Of a DNA stretch of 64,000 bases, positions 41,031-53,904 are shown in pieces; position 1 is the stretch's first letter; every line of letters begins with the position of its first letter. Under the pieces are notes generated by a model, which was not told where the DNA came from, did not search any database, and worked only from the letters and a program-made list of their open reading frames with translations. Source of the DNA: Eledone cirrhosa (Eukaryota); contig OZ024757.1 of NCBI GenBank assembly GCA_964016885.1, positions 41,974,001 through 42,038,000 of the forward strand, in the 5' to 3' direction. The translations under genes and the position numbers were made by a program.

Positions 41031-43332
41031 GGGGGTGATCAAAAAGGTTGGTGAAATGGTTGGCAGGATTCTTCTATTGACATGAAACTAACACAGGACG
41101 AGATTCTATAGAGAAGAGGGAGAAGCACACACACACATGCACACACACACATGCATACACATACATACACACACATATACATAAAGACATACACACACAG
41201 ACACATACGCACACACACAGAGGACCAACATGGTTACTGCTATTAATGGCAATTCTAATTCCTCGTTAGAATTTGATGAATAGAGTTAATTATTGTAATA
41301 TTAGTAATGAACTATATTGTATTGTAAAGTAAGTCTGTATTGGATCTGATAGACTTCGTTTACACTGGAGGACAGGCATTAACATCACAACATCACATTT
41401 ATATATATATACCACAGTCCTTAGTTAAATGAAATCCATAATAATAATAATTGTTTCTACTTTAGGCACAAGGCCAGCAATTTGAAGGGAAGGGAAAGTC
41501 AATTAAATCGACCCCAGTGCATGACTGGTACTTTATTTTCTCGACCCTGTAAGGATGAAAAGCAAAGTTGACCTCAGCAGAATTTGAACTGAGAGAGCAG
41601 AAAGCCAGAATAAATGCCACAATATATTCTATTCTATGTTCTAATAATTCTACCAATTCACTCACTGCATATATTAGTTTGTTGGGGAGAGGAAAGGCAG
41701 GATAGTCATGGTAGGAAACCCTCAACTCACAGACCTGATCCATTGAGGGCCACACTGAGAAAAGACACAGTGACAACAATAAGGTAAAGTCTATTATTTT
41801 CTACAAATGGTTGAGAACAAGGAGAGTCCATTGAGAAAAAGAAATAACTAAAAGGATTTGCATGAGGAAAGTTATGTTTATAAAACATTAGCTGAAAACA
41901 TCTTGTCAAACCCATGCCAGTATGGAAACAGGAATATAAATCAACAAACACCAACACCACCCTTTCTCTGTAAAGTTATGTTGGTACCACAACATCCAGT
42001 CCAAAATAAATGAGGTTGTGCAGGTGTCACAACAAAAAAGACACAGTCCACACTGTAATGTGGACATGTAGGTAACACGGTAAAAACCTCCCAGTCCACA
42101 CTGTAATGTGGTTGGTGTTAGGAAGGACATCCAGCCGTAGAAAACCTGCCAGACAGTCCTATACGAGCGAGACACGGTCACCTGACCAATCTTGTCTCAA
42201 ATGGGACAATTCCCGTCTAACCCATGCTAGCGTGGAATATAGACGTTAAACGATGATAATGATGATGATTCTAAATGTGATGTTACATCAAAGTGTGGTT
42301 TATCTTTTCCTACAGTGCAACTTATATACAGGTATATACAGGTATCATTTCTGCCTCCTTGCTGACAAAAACATTAATATAAATATTAATACCTCTTGTG
42401 TAGGATTAACAGATTAAATGTTCATATTGGATGTTATTTAAAATGATTTGAGTATTTAAGCGGAATATCAAATATTGGACTTTTACAAGTCTAAATTCAC
42501 AGAACTATAATTAGATTGCAATACTTGGTCTATATATAAAGTTAACCAACTTCCATCTGTCCGTCACACAATGTGTGAATGTATGCATGTGAATGTGTGT
42601 GTGAATGTATGTGTGTGTAAAAGGAAGGAATATCTAGTAATCATAATATAATATTTAGCCATCATATTACAATATTTAGCAATCATAATACAATATTTAG
42701 CCATCATATTACAATATTTAGCCATCATAAAATAATATTTAGCCATCACAATACAATATCTAGCCATCACAATACAATATCTAGCCATCATTGTCTCCTC
42801 CATGTTACAAGAGTTACTGGCCAGATTTGCATAAATGTGACAACTTCTCAAGCTCTTCAATATGACTAAACACAACTTAAAATATTTAGCAACTTATTAG
42901 ATTAACAACAGATTAAATCAACAGTAAATACAGAATTAGTTTATAGCGCGTGGGGGGGGGGGGTAGATAAGATAGAGTGGCCAGAGAGGAAAGGTCAGCA
43001 GAAAGTTCACCCAGTCCACACTGAACAACAGTGTGTGTGTGTGTGTGTGTTTGTGTTTGTAAGTGTGCATGTATGTGTATCTGTATGTGTGAATGTGTGT
43101 GGGTATGTGTAAATATGTGTGTGCATGTGTGTGTGAATCATCGTTTTTACATCAACCTTTTTCCATATTAGCATGGGTTGGATGAGATTTTTTGAGGCAA
43201 TATTCTATGGCTGGATAACCCCTCCCTCCACTTTTGGATGTCAACCCATTACTGAATTTTTAAATATGATGCAGAACATGCTGTTTATGCTGGACATAAA
43301 CAAATGACAACTGCTTAAACAGTTGAGGGAAT

Positions 43333-43965
43333 TACATTTTACATCTGGCCTGAGCCTGTGACCAGTTTTGGGAGCCTACATTTTACATCTGGCCTGAGTC
43401 TACGACCAGTTTTGGGAGCCTACATTTTACATCTGGCCTGAGTCTACGACCAGCTTTGATGGCCTACATTTTACATCTGGCCTGAGTCTACGACCAGCTT
43501 TGATGGCTACATTTTACATCTGGTCTGAGTCTATGACCAGCTTTGATGGCCTACATTTTACATCTGGCCTGAGTCTACGACCAGCTTTGATGGCCTACAT
43601 TTTACATCTGGCCTGAGTCTATGACCAGCTTTGATGGCCTACATTTTACATCTGGCCTGAGTCTATGACCAGCTTTGATGGCCTACATTTTACATCTGGC
43701 TTGAGTCTATGACCAGCTTTGTTGGCCTACATCTGGCCTGAGTCTACGACCAGCTTTGATGGCCTACATTTTACATCTGGCCTGAGTCTATGACCAGCTT
43801 TGATAGCCTACATTTTACATCTGGCCTGAGTCTATGACCAGCTTTGATGGCCTACATTTTACATCTGGCCTGACTCTATGACCAGCTTTGATGGCCTACA
43901 TCTGGCCTGAGTCTACGACCAGCTTTGATGGCCTACATCTGGCCTGAGTCTACAACCAGCTTTGG
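43333..43965 (+). repeat. 44-bp minisatellite, ~14-15 copies
   Basis: Unit tacattttacatctggcctgagtctatgaccagctttgatggcc, with some shortened units. Confidence 0.95.
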
Positions 43966-46744
43966 AGATACCAGGTCATAACTCCCCAATACAGTCACAT
44001 CGATCATGGCTATACATTAGTAAGATCAGAATTTCAAAAGAAATTCAAACCAGAACAAATGACACTTAACAAACACAAGATGAAAGGGAAAATAAATAAA
44101 TAGAGTCTCGGGGAAACATTAAATAAATAAAACTGAAGCATTGAAGATAGAGCAAAGTTTTATGATTAAAACTGAATTCAGTAATGTCTTAAAAATATCT
44201 TTTGAAGATATATTTTAATAGCAAATAAATCTACAAATGACTTAGATGTGTTGGTAGTATTTATAGATATAGATTTTTCTTGCTAGCTTTGAAAATATGG
44301 AACGTCTTGCTAAGTATGACCAGAAACAAGTCTAGTTTTCATTAGAAAAGACAACTTGTATTGTCATTTATATTTTTATCGTGGGAAGTTCCACATGTGT
44401 TTGTAAAGTACTTTATTTTCCTTAAAACTCTAAAGTAAAACAAAAAGAATCAGATTTTAACCATTTCAAGTTTTCGTCTTAAGGTGTTTGTCAAACTTTT
44501 TATTTCTTTACATCTGAATGTTGGTGGAATGGAAAAATGGAAGAGACAAAAAAAACATCTGGTGATTGTCAGGATTAACACAAAGAATGACTTTCTCATG
44601 TGACTGGTAAATAGTCAGGTGGGGGGGGGGGTGAAGAACGACGTGTGGGGGTGAGTTTGTAGGAGGGGGTAACTGTGTGTGGGGAAGTGATGAATGGTGT
44701 GTGTGAAGGTGAAGATAAATGAATGTGTAACTATGAATGTCTGAGCAAATGTGAGAGTGTGTCTGAGAGAGAGAGTGAGTGTGTGTGAGAGAGAGAGTGT
44801 GAGAGAAAGAGAGTATATGTAAGATAGAGAGAGTGTGTGTGTGTGTCAGAGAGAGGGTGTGAGAGAGAGAGAATATATGTAAGATAGAGTGAAAAAGTGT
44901 GTGTGTCTGTGTGGGTAGAGTATTGGACAACATGCTTTTTGTGGCACAGAGTTACATCCATTTACGTTCTGGGTCCACCACCACCACCCCCACCATACCA
45001 CTACACCACCATACAACTATATATATATTATCTAACGAGGTAACTAATCATAGCTTAATGAAATAAAACATTTCATCTTCTTGGGGGGGGCTTTCTTTCT
45101 CTCTCTCTCTCCCTCCCTCCCTCTCTATCTCTGTCCCCCTCTCTCCATCTCCTTCCCCATCTCTCTCTCCCCCTCTCCCCATCCCTCTCCCCCCTCTCCA
45201 TCTCTCTATATTTCACCAACAGCTGTTCATATCAATGGTTCAGTAAAGAGGATATATCAGCTAAACTATTATATCATTGGGATGTTGTTGTTGTTGTTGC
45301 CACACACACACACACAAACACATTTACATGCACACACACACACACAGACACACAAATACAGAGAGAGAGAGAGTTAGCAAGGCAAGTGTTGAGTGGTAAA
45401 GAAGTAGTAACTATGAGATAGAAAATAAAGATAGGAAAAACTAGAGACAGTTTAATTTCTAAATGAGGGTTTGAGTGATTTATCATCTGATAATATGGCT
45501 GGTATCTCACACATTACACCACACCACACCACACTACACCACTCCACACCACACCACACTACATTACACCACACTACACCACACCACACTACACCACACC
45601 ACACCACACTACACTACACTACACTACACTACACCACACCACACCACACTACACCACACCACACTGCACCATACCACACTAGACCACACTCCACCACACT
45701 ACACCACACTACACTATACCACAATATGGTGGCCATGGTGGTAATGATGGTAGCAATGATATGATGGTGATGATGATGGTGGTGATGAATATGATAATGG
45801 TGGAGGTGGTGGTGGTGAATATGATAATGGTGGTGGTGGTGGTGGTGGTGAATATGATAATGGTGGTGGTGATAGTAATGGTGGTGAAAAATTAAGGAGC
45901 GAAATTAATACAAAAACTATGAAATCAAGTTGAAATTTCAAAACAACTTACTTCTTCCTCCACCCTTGGAACTCCCCTCTCCACTCTCCCACCCCACCCT
46001 TGGCACTCCCCCTCCACCCTTGCCACCCCTACCCCTGGCACTCCCCCACCCCACCCCACCCTGAACAAGACAGCCGGCTATGGGCTGGCTATGATAATGC
46101 ATTAACTCAACAATTGTTATCAACAAAAGATTTATTAGTTCTGAGGGAAGTGGTGGTGATGGTGGTGGTGATAGTGGTGGTGGTGGTGGTGGTGGTGGTG
46201 GTGGTGGTGGTGGTGGTGAACATATTCTAAATATAAGGAGACTATCCTGTGATGATGATTGTGGTGGGGGGGGGGGGTAATGGAAAAATATGAAAGAAAT
46301 CCAATAGTATTTTAAAAGGGAGTTGTAAGAATATCATTGATTATAGAGAGGGGGGGGGTCTAGTGACGTCAGAGGGGGTTACGGAGGAGTGGGAGGGTAA
46401 TAGTGTTAGGGAGGGATATAGAAAGAGAGAGAGTGAGACGGAGAGAGAGAATGGGAGTGAGAGAGGGTGAGATGGAGAGTGAGAGAGAGAGTGAGAGTGA
46501 GACAGAGAGTGAGAGTGAGACAGAGAGTGAGACAGAGAGTGAGATGGAGAGTGAGTGAGAGAGAGAGATAGAGAGACAGAGAGAGAGAGATAGTGAGACA
46601 GAGAGACAGAGAGAGAGAGATAGTGAGACAGAGAGACAGAGAGAGAGATAGTGAGAGAGAGATAGTGAGAGAGTGAAGGGGGAATCTGTGAGATAGAGAG
46701 AGAGAAGGAGAGAGACATGTAGAGAGAGAGAGAGAGAGACACTA

Positions 46745-46780
46745 TCTTCTGATGAAGGACTAGTGTCCGAAACGTTAAGA
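46745..46780 (+). ncRNA. Intact minimal hammerhead ribozyme (family B)
   Basis: tctt CTGATGA a ggac-tagt-gtcc GAAAC GTT aaga; loop-less palindromic helix III (ACGT); GUU triplet. Confidence 0.85.
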
Positions 46781-47023
46781 CTCTCCTCCTGCTATTTCAA
46801 GTGTTAAACTAATATATTTCCTCTGTGTACTGTGTCATTTGTTTTGTTATTTCTGTTTACCTTTTACACTCACACACACTATATATATATATATATATAC
46901 ACACATAAATATACACATATATATATATATAATATATATATAGGTGATGATGATATATATATATATATACATATATACACATATATAGGTAATGATGATA
47001 TATATATATACATATTTACACAT

Positions 47024-47078
<55 letters not shown>

Positions 47079-47085
47079 TACACAT

Positions 47086-47137
<52 letters not shown>

Positions 47138-47145
47138 TTACACAT

Positions 47146-47198
<53 letters not shown>

Positions 47199-47292
47199 TA
47201 CACATATACATATATATATAAATGCAAAGGTAAGATATTGTAAGTGTACACATATATACTTATGTGTGTGGGGGGTGGTATGTTTATAAATG

Positions 47293-47347
<55 letters not shown>

Positions 47348-47348
47348 G

Positions 47349-47444
47349 CCTGTGGTGGGAAGCCATGTGGAGGTCCTGTTGGAGTGAGCTTCTCCAGGCC
47401 AGCATTTCGTCTTCCTGCTATTTGACAGATTCAACAAGAACCAG
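47349..47444 (+). CDS. Candidate exon ([31 protein letters not shown])
   Basis: 96 bp, symmetric phase 2, strong donor CAG|gtaaga, but the acceptor lacks a pyrimidine tract; an alternative 16-nt microexon from tttgacag| is possible. Confidence 0.3.
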
Positions 47445-47583
47445 GTAAGATACAGCAGCCTGTTCACCTGTAGTTACCATAACAACATACCTGACAAAGA
47501 CCAAAGCAGTGCACAAACCTCTCTCTCTCTCTCTCTCTCTCTGTCTATCCATCCACCTTGTTCTCTCTATCTATCTATCTAAT

Positions 47584-47615
<32 letters not shown>

Positions 47616-47716
47616 CTTTTTGTTTACCTCATCAACTAAATAAGTACTATCATTGCTTCTGACAGGACCCACTGGGAGGAGTGCTTGAGGACTCTGGCCC
47701 CCCACGACACACTCAG

Positions 47717-48085
47717 GAAGAAGAAGGCAAAGAAGAAGAAGGCAAAGAAGAAGAAGGCAAAGAAGAAGAAGAGGGCAAAGAAGAAGAAGAAGAAGGAGAA
47801 GAAGAAGAAGAAGAAGAAGAAGAAGAAGAAGAAGAAGAAGAAGAAGAAGAAGAAGAAGAAGAAGAAGAAGAAGAAGAAGAAGGCAAAGAAGAAGAAGAAG
47901 AAGAAGAAGGCAAAGAAGAAGAAGAAGAAGAAGAAGGCAAAGAAGAAGAAGAAGAAGAAGAAGAAGAAGAAGAAGGCAAAGAAGAAGAAGAAGAAGAAGA
48001 AGAAGAAGAAGAAGAAGAAGAAAGCAAAGAAGAAGAAGAATGCAAAGAAGAAGGCGAAGAAGAAGAAGAAGGCAAAGAAGAAGAT
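47717..48085 (+). repeat. Expanded (GAA)n tail of an RTE 3' end
   Basis: Follows RTE 3' sequence ttctgacaggacccactgg...(47657-47716). Confidence 0.85.
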
Positions 48086-48289
48086 TTTATTGACCCCAGT
48101 ATATGACTGGTAACTTATAACCCCTAGAAAGATGGAAGGTTAACCCTATACTATTTTACATTACTCTATATATACTATTATATTTTCATGGTAAACACTT
48201 TACCTCACATAAATATCTCACATAATATCGAATGTATGAGATTTTGATATTATTCATTTTGAGAACAGTATCTTATCATCAGTATGAAT

Positions 48290-49960
48290 GGCTGGTTGTG
48301 GCCAGTTTGGACAGAAAGAGGTGAGAGAATTCTGGCTGGTTGTGGCCAGTTTGGACAGAAAGAGGTGAGAGAATTCTGGCTGGTTGTGGCCAGTTTGGAC
48401 AGAAAGAGGTGAGAGAATTCTGGCTGGTTATGGCCAGTTTGAACAGAAAGCGGTGAGAGAATTCTGGCTGGTTATGGCCAGTTTGAACAGAAAGAGGTGA
48501 GAGAATTCTGGCTGGTTATGGCCAGTTTGAACAGAAAGAGGTGAGAGAATTCTGGCTGGTTATGGCCAGTTTGAACAGAAAGAGGTGAGAGAATTCTGGC
48601 TGGTTATGGCCAGTTTGAACAGAAAGAGGTGAGAGAATTCTGGCTGGTTATGGCTGGTTTGAACAGAAAGAGGTGAGAGAATTCTGGCTGGTTATGGCCA
48701 GTTTGAACAGAAAGAGGTGAGAGAATTCTGGCTGGTTATGGCCAGTTTGAACAGAAAGAGGTGAGAGAATTCTGGCTGGTTATGGCCAGTTTTAACAGAA
48801 AGAGGTGAGAGAATTCTGGCTGGTTATGGCCAGTTTGAACAGAAAGAGGTGAGAGAATTCTGGCTGGTTATGGCCAGTTTGAACAGAAAGAGGTGAGAGA
48901 ATTCTGGCTGGTTATGGCCAGTTTGAACAGAAAGAGGTGAGAGAATTCTGGCTGGTTATGGCTAGTTTGAACAGAAAGAGGTGAGAGAATTCTGGCTGGT
49001 TATGGCTGGTTTGAACAGAAAGAGGTGAGAGAATTCTGGCTGGTTATGGCCAGTTTGAACAGAAAGAGGTGACAGAATTCTGGCTGGTTACGGCCAGTTT
49101 GAATAGAAAGAGATGAGAGAATTCTGGCTGGTTATTGCTGGTTTGAACAGAAAGAGGTGAAAGAATTCTGGCTGGTTATGGCCAGTTTGAACAGAAAGAG
49201 GTGAGAGAATTCTGGCTGGTTATGGCCAGTTTGAACAGAAAGAGGTGAAAGAATTCTGGCTGGTTATGGCCAGTTTGAACAGAAAGAGGTGAAAGAATTC
49301 TGGCTGGTTATGGCCAGTTTGAACAGAAAGAGGTGAGAGAATTCTGGCTGGTTATGGCTGGTTTGAACAGAAAGAGGTGAGAGAATTCTGGCTGGTTATG
49401 GCCAGTTTGAACAGAAAGAGGTGAGAGAATTCTGGCTGGTTATGGCCAGTTTGAACAGAAAGAGGTGAGAGAATTCTGGCTGGTTATGGCCAGTTTGAAC
49501 AGAAAGAGGTGAGAGAATTCTGGCTGGTTATGGCCAGTTTGAACAGAAAGAGGTGAGAGAATTCTGGCTGGTTATGGCTAGTTTGAACAGAAAGAGGTGA
49601 GAGAATTCTGGCTGGTTATGGCTGGTTTGAACAGAAAGAGGTGAGAGAATTCTGGCTGGTTATGGCCAGTTTGAACAGAAAGAGGTGACAGAATTCTGGC
49701 TGGTTATGGCCAGTTTGAATAGAAAGAGGTGAGAGAATTCTGGCTGGTTATTGCTGGTTTGAACAGAAAGAGGTGAAAGAATTCTGGCTGGTTATGGCCA
49801 GTTTGAACAGAAAGAGGTGAGAGAATTCTGGCTGGTTATGGCCAGTTTGAACAGAAAGAGGTGAAAGAATTCTGGCTGGTTATGGCCAGTTTGAACCGAA
49901 AGAGGTGAAAGAATTCTGGCTGGTTATGGCCAGTTTGAACAGAAAGAGGTGAGAGAATTT
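48290..49960 (+). repeat. 44-bp tandem satellite, ~38 copies, inside one MITE A copy (48144-49993)
   Basis: Unit ggctggttatggccagtttgaacagaaagaggtgagagaattct; both TTAA-flanked MITE ends are retained. Confidence 0.95.
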
Positions 49961-50196
49961 TGGCCAGATACAGCTGATTTAAATGCTAAAGGGTTAAGTC
50001 AATTTCTGAAGTTAAAGTGATATAACTAAATACTGGTGCCATGTCTTCTGCCAATCGGTTTTTCTGACAATCTACTGCAGTAAATTAATGATATTTGGTA
50101 AAATATATTCCGAGTCAATGGCTGAGTTCCACAGCAACAGAAATATAACAACCATAGTGTGATATGTGTGTGTACACTACACACACGTGTGTACAC

Positions 50197-50230
<34 letters not shown>

Positions 50231-50272
50231 CTATCATTTAACGGATGCTTTCCCTGCTAGCATGTATGTATA

Positions 50273-50304
<32 letters not shown>

Positions 50305-50361
50305 GCATACATATAAATAAATACACACACATATATATATATAGCATACATATAAATAAAT

Positions 50362-50413
<52 letters not shown>

Positions 50414-50516
50414 ATAAATACACACATAAATAAATACACACATATAAATAAATACACACACACATATATATATATATATATACACACTGTGGACATTAAA
50501 TGATGATGAATATGTG

Positions 50517-50560
<44 letters not shown>

Positions 50561-50919
50561 CTTGTTAGTACACCTGCACTGTGGATAACACACACAAATA
50601 TGTCTGTGTGTGCATAAAGACACACACACACACACACACACACACAAGGAAACAGCTCTGTAAACACTGAAGCCAATATATAAGAAAGAGTACTTTGATG
50701 GTGGTGATGATGGCAGTAATGGTGGTGGTTTTGGTAATGATGATGGTGATGGTAGTGATGGTAGTGATGATGATGGTGATGGTAGTGATGGTAGTGATGA
50801 TGATAGTGATGATGGTGATGGTAGTGATGATGATGATGATGATATAGAATTTTTTTAATTTGGCTTCCTCTCAAGGGAGAATAAAAGAAATATTACAATA
50901 GAAATACAACACAGAACAA

Positions 50920-52430
50920 TGATGGTGGTGGTGGTGGTGGTGTAGTGGTGGTGGTGGTAGTGGTGTAGTGGTGGTGGTGGTGTAGTGGTAGTGGTGGTGG
51001 TGGTGGTAGTGGTGTAGTGGTGGTGGTGGTGGTGGTGGTGGTGGTGGTGGTGGTGGTGGTGGTGTAGTGGTAGTGGTGGTGGTGGTGGTAGTGGTGTAGT
51101 GGTAGTGGTGGTGGTGGTGTAGTGGTAGTGGTGGTGGTGGTGTAGTGGTAGTGGTGGTGGTGGTGGTAGTGGTGTAGTGGTAGTGGTGGTGGTGGTGTAG
51201 TGGTAGTGGTGGTGGTGGTGGTAGTGGTGTAGTGGTGGTGGTGGTGGTGGTGGTGGTGGTGGTGGTGTAGTGGTAGTGGTGGTGGTGGTGGTGGTAGTGG
51301 TGTAGTGGTGGTGGTGGTGTAGTGGTAGTGGTGGTGGTGGTGGTAGTGGCGTAGTGGTGGTGGTAGTGGAGGTGGTGGTGGTGGTGTAGTGGTGGTGTAG
51401 TGGTAGTGGTGGTGGTGGTGGTAGTGGTGTAGTGGTAGTGGTGGTGGTAGTGGCGTAGTGGTGGTGGTAGTGGAGGTGGTGGTGGTGGTGTAGTGGTAGT
51501 GGTGGTGGTGGTGGTAGTGGTGTAGTGGTGGTGGTAGTGGAGGTGGTGGTGGTGGTGTAGTGGTGGTGTAGTGGTAGTGGTGGTGGTGGTGGTAGTGGTG
51601 TAGTGGTAGTGGTGGTGGTGGTGGTAGTGGCGTAGTGGTGGTGGTAGTGGAGGTGGTGGTGGTGGTGTAGTGGTAGTGGTGGTGGTGGTGGTAGTGGTGT
51701 AGTGGTGGTGGTAGTGGAGGTGGTGGTGGTGGTGGTGGTGGTAGTGGTGTAGTGGTGGTGGTGGTGTAGTGGTAGTGGTGGTGGTGGTGTAGTGGTAGTG
51801 GTGGTGGTGGTGGTAGTGGCGTAGTGGTGGTGGTAGTGGAGGTGGTGGTGGTGGTGTAGTGGTAGTGGTGGTGGTGGTGGTAGTGGTGTAGTGGTGGTGG
51901 TAGTGGAGGTGGTGGTGGTGGTGGTGGTGGTAGTGGTGTAGTGGTGGTGGTGGTGTAGTGGTAGTGGTGGTGGTGGTGGTAGTGGTGTAGTGGTAGTGGT
52001 GGTGGTGGTGTAGTGGTAGTGGTGGTGGTGGTGGTAGTGGCGTAGTGGTGGTGGTAGTGGAGGTGGTGGTGGTGGTGTAGTGGTAGTGGTGGTGGTGGTG
52101 GTAGTGGTGTAGTGGTGGTGGTAGTGGAGGTGGTGGTGGTGGTGGTGGTGTAATGTGGTGGTGGTGTAGTGGTGGTGGTAGTGGTGTAGTGGTAGTGGTG
52201 GTGGCGGTAGTGGTAGTGGTGGTGGTGTGGTGGTGGTGGTGTGGTGGTGGTGGTCGTGGTGGTGTAGTGTAGTGGTGGTGGTGGTGGTGGTGGTGTAGTG
52301 GTGGTGGTAGTGGAGGTGGTGGTGGTGGTGGTGGTGGTAGTGGTGTAGTGGTGGTGGTGGTGTAGTGGTAGTGGTGGTGGTGGTGGTAGTGGTGGTGGTG
52401 GTGGTGGTGGTGTAGTGGTGGTGGTAGTGC
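50920..52430. repeat. Complex (GTG/GTA)n trinucleotide-based satellite
   Basis: Direct reading; similar tracts at 16455-17580, 40526-41000 and 61552-62918. Confidence 0.95.
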
Positions 52431-52683
52431 CATCACCACTACTGCTACCACCAACACCACTACTACTTTTGAATGAAACAGTTCTAGTTCTGTAGAAGCC
52501 ATTTCTATATTAAACATTATATATATATATATATATATATATATCATCATCACCGTTTTACGTCCGTTCTTCCACGCTAGCATGGGTTAGACGGGTTGTC
52601 CTGTTGTGGGCAGTGTCTGGTCGGCTGACCATGCCTTGCTCATACAGGAACTGATTTGGCTTGATTTCTACAGCTGGATGCCC

Positions 52684-52717
<34 letters not shown>

Positions 52718-52811
52718 ATAATAGAAAAAAATGAGGAAGTTTTGTTTACATATGAAAAATATGTATTGCGTATCAGCATGTTTCACAGAAGATTGGCTCA
52801 AGGTGCCCCCA

Positions 52812-52875
<64 letters not shown>

Positions 52876-53030
52876 GGTCCCGTTAAGGGTGAAAGCAGCG
52901 ATTCTTTGCTTAAACTTTAATCTGTTCTCTTAATAAATATTTGCTCTACGGTTTTTATATATTTGATATATATTATCCTTATCAAGCCCTCTTTGGATTT
53001 TAGTCTTCATATTTATTATTACTAGTATGT

Positions 53031-53073
<43 letters not shown>

Positions 53074-53904
53074 ATATATGTTTAGCTCTCTCTAAGACCA
53101 ACAGAAACAACTGCACTAGATGTTTACTATTGATGTCATAGCAAAGTAGATGAGGATAGGATAGGTAGAGTAAAGGGGGGTAAAGGGTGCCATGATGATG
53201 ATGGAAAGGAGGTGGAGGGGAAGACAGGGGAAAGATGGGTAGAGGGGTGGGGGGTGAGAAGAGGGGGAAGGGGTATGAGAAGAGAGGGGGTAGGAGAAGA
53301 GAGTGGTAGGGAGGTAGAAGAGATAGGTAGGGAGGTATGAGAAGAGAGGAGGAGAGAGGTATGAGAAGAAAGAGGTAGGGAGGTATGAGAAGAGAGATAT
53401 TTGTGTTGTTTCTTTAATGTAGGTTAGTGGGTTTGCCCACCTTATTACAGGAGAGACTGCACTGACATCAGACCAGGAACATAGAGGCCATTATTTCTGG
53501 TCAGAAACATTAGACAACAATGTTGGAGCTGTACTTTTACACCAAGGAAACATACACACACATATATATATACACACACATACAAAGAAACACACACACC
53601 CAAAGAAACACACACACACACACACAGACAGAAACACACACACACACACATACAAAGAAACACAGAAACACACACACACACACACACAAAGAAACATACA
53701 CATACAAAGAAACACACACACACATAAATGGCTTCTACAGGACTAGAATTGTTTTATTTAAAAGAAATCATCAAAAGAAATTCTTTTGAATGAAACAGAT
53801 CTAGTCCTGTAAAGCCATTTCTATATTAAAGATGTTTACACTCTATAAATGTATTGAGTACCGTACAGTGGTTACCCCCGATTGAACCTAGGACATTATA
53901 TATA

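Noticed and set aside
47681-48113. Poly-Glu / poly-Lys ORFs
   Set aside because: Expanded (GAA)n retroelement tail.
50871-52583. 570-aa His/Pro/Thr-rich ORF (also 17063-17833, 40458-41042, 61492-62940)
   Set aside because: Pure (CAC/TAC)-type microsatellite translations with no splice or complexity support.
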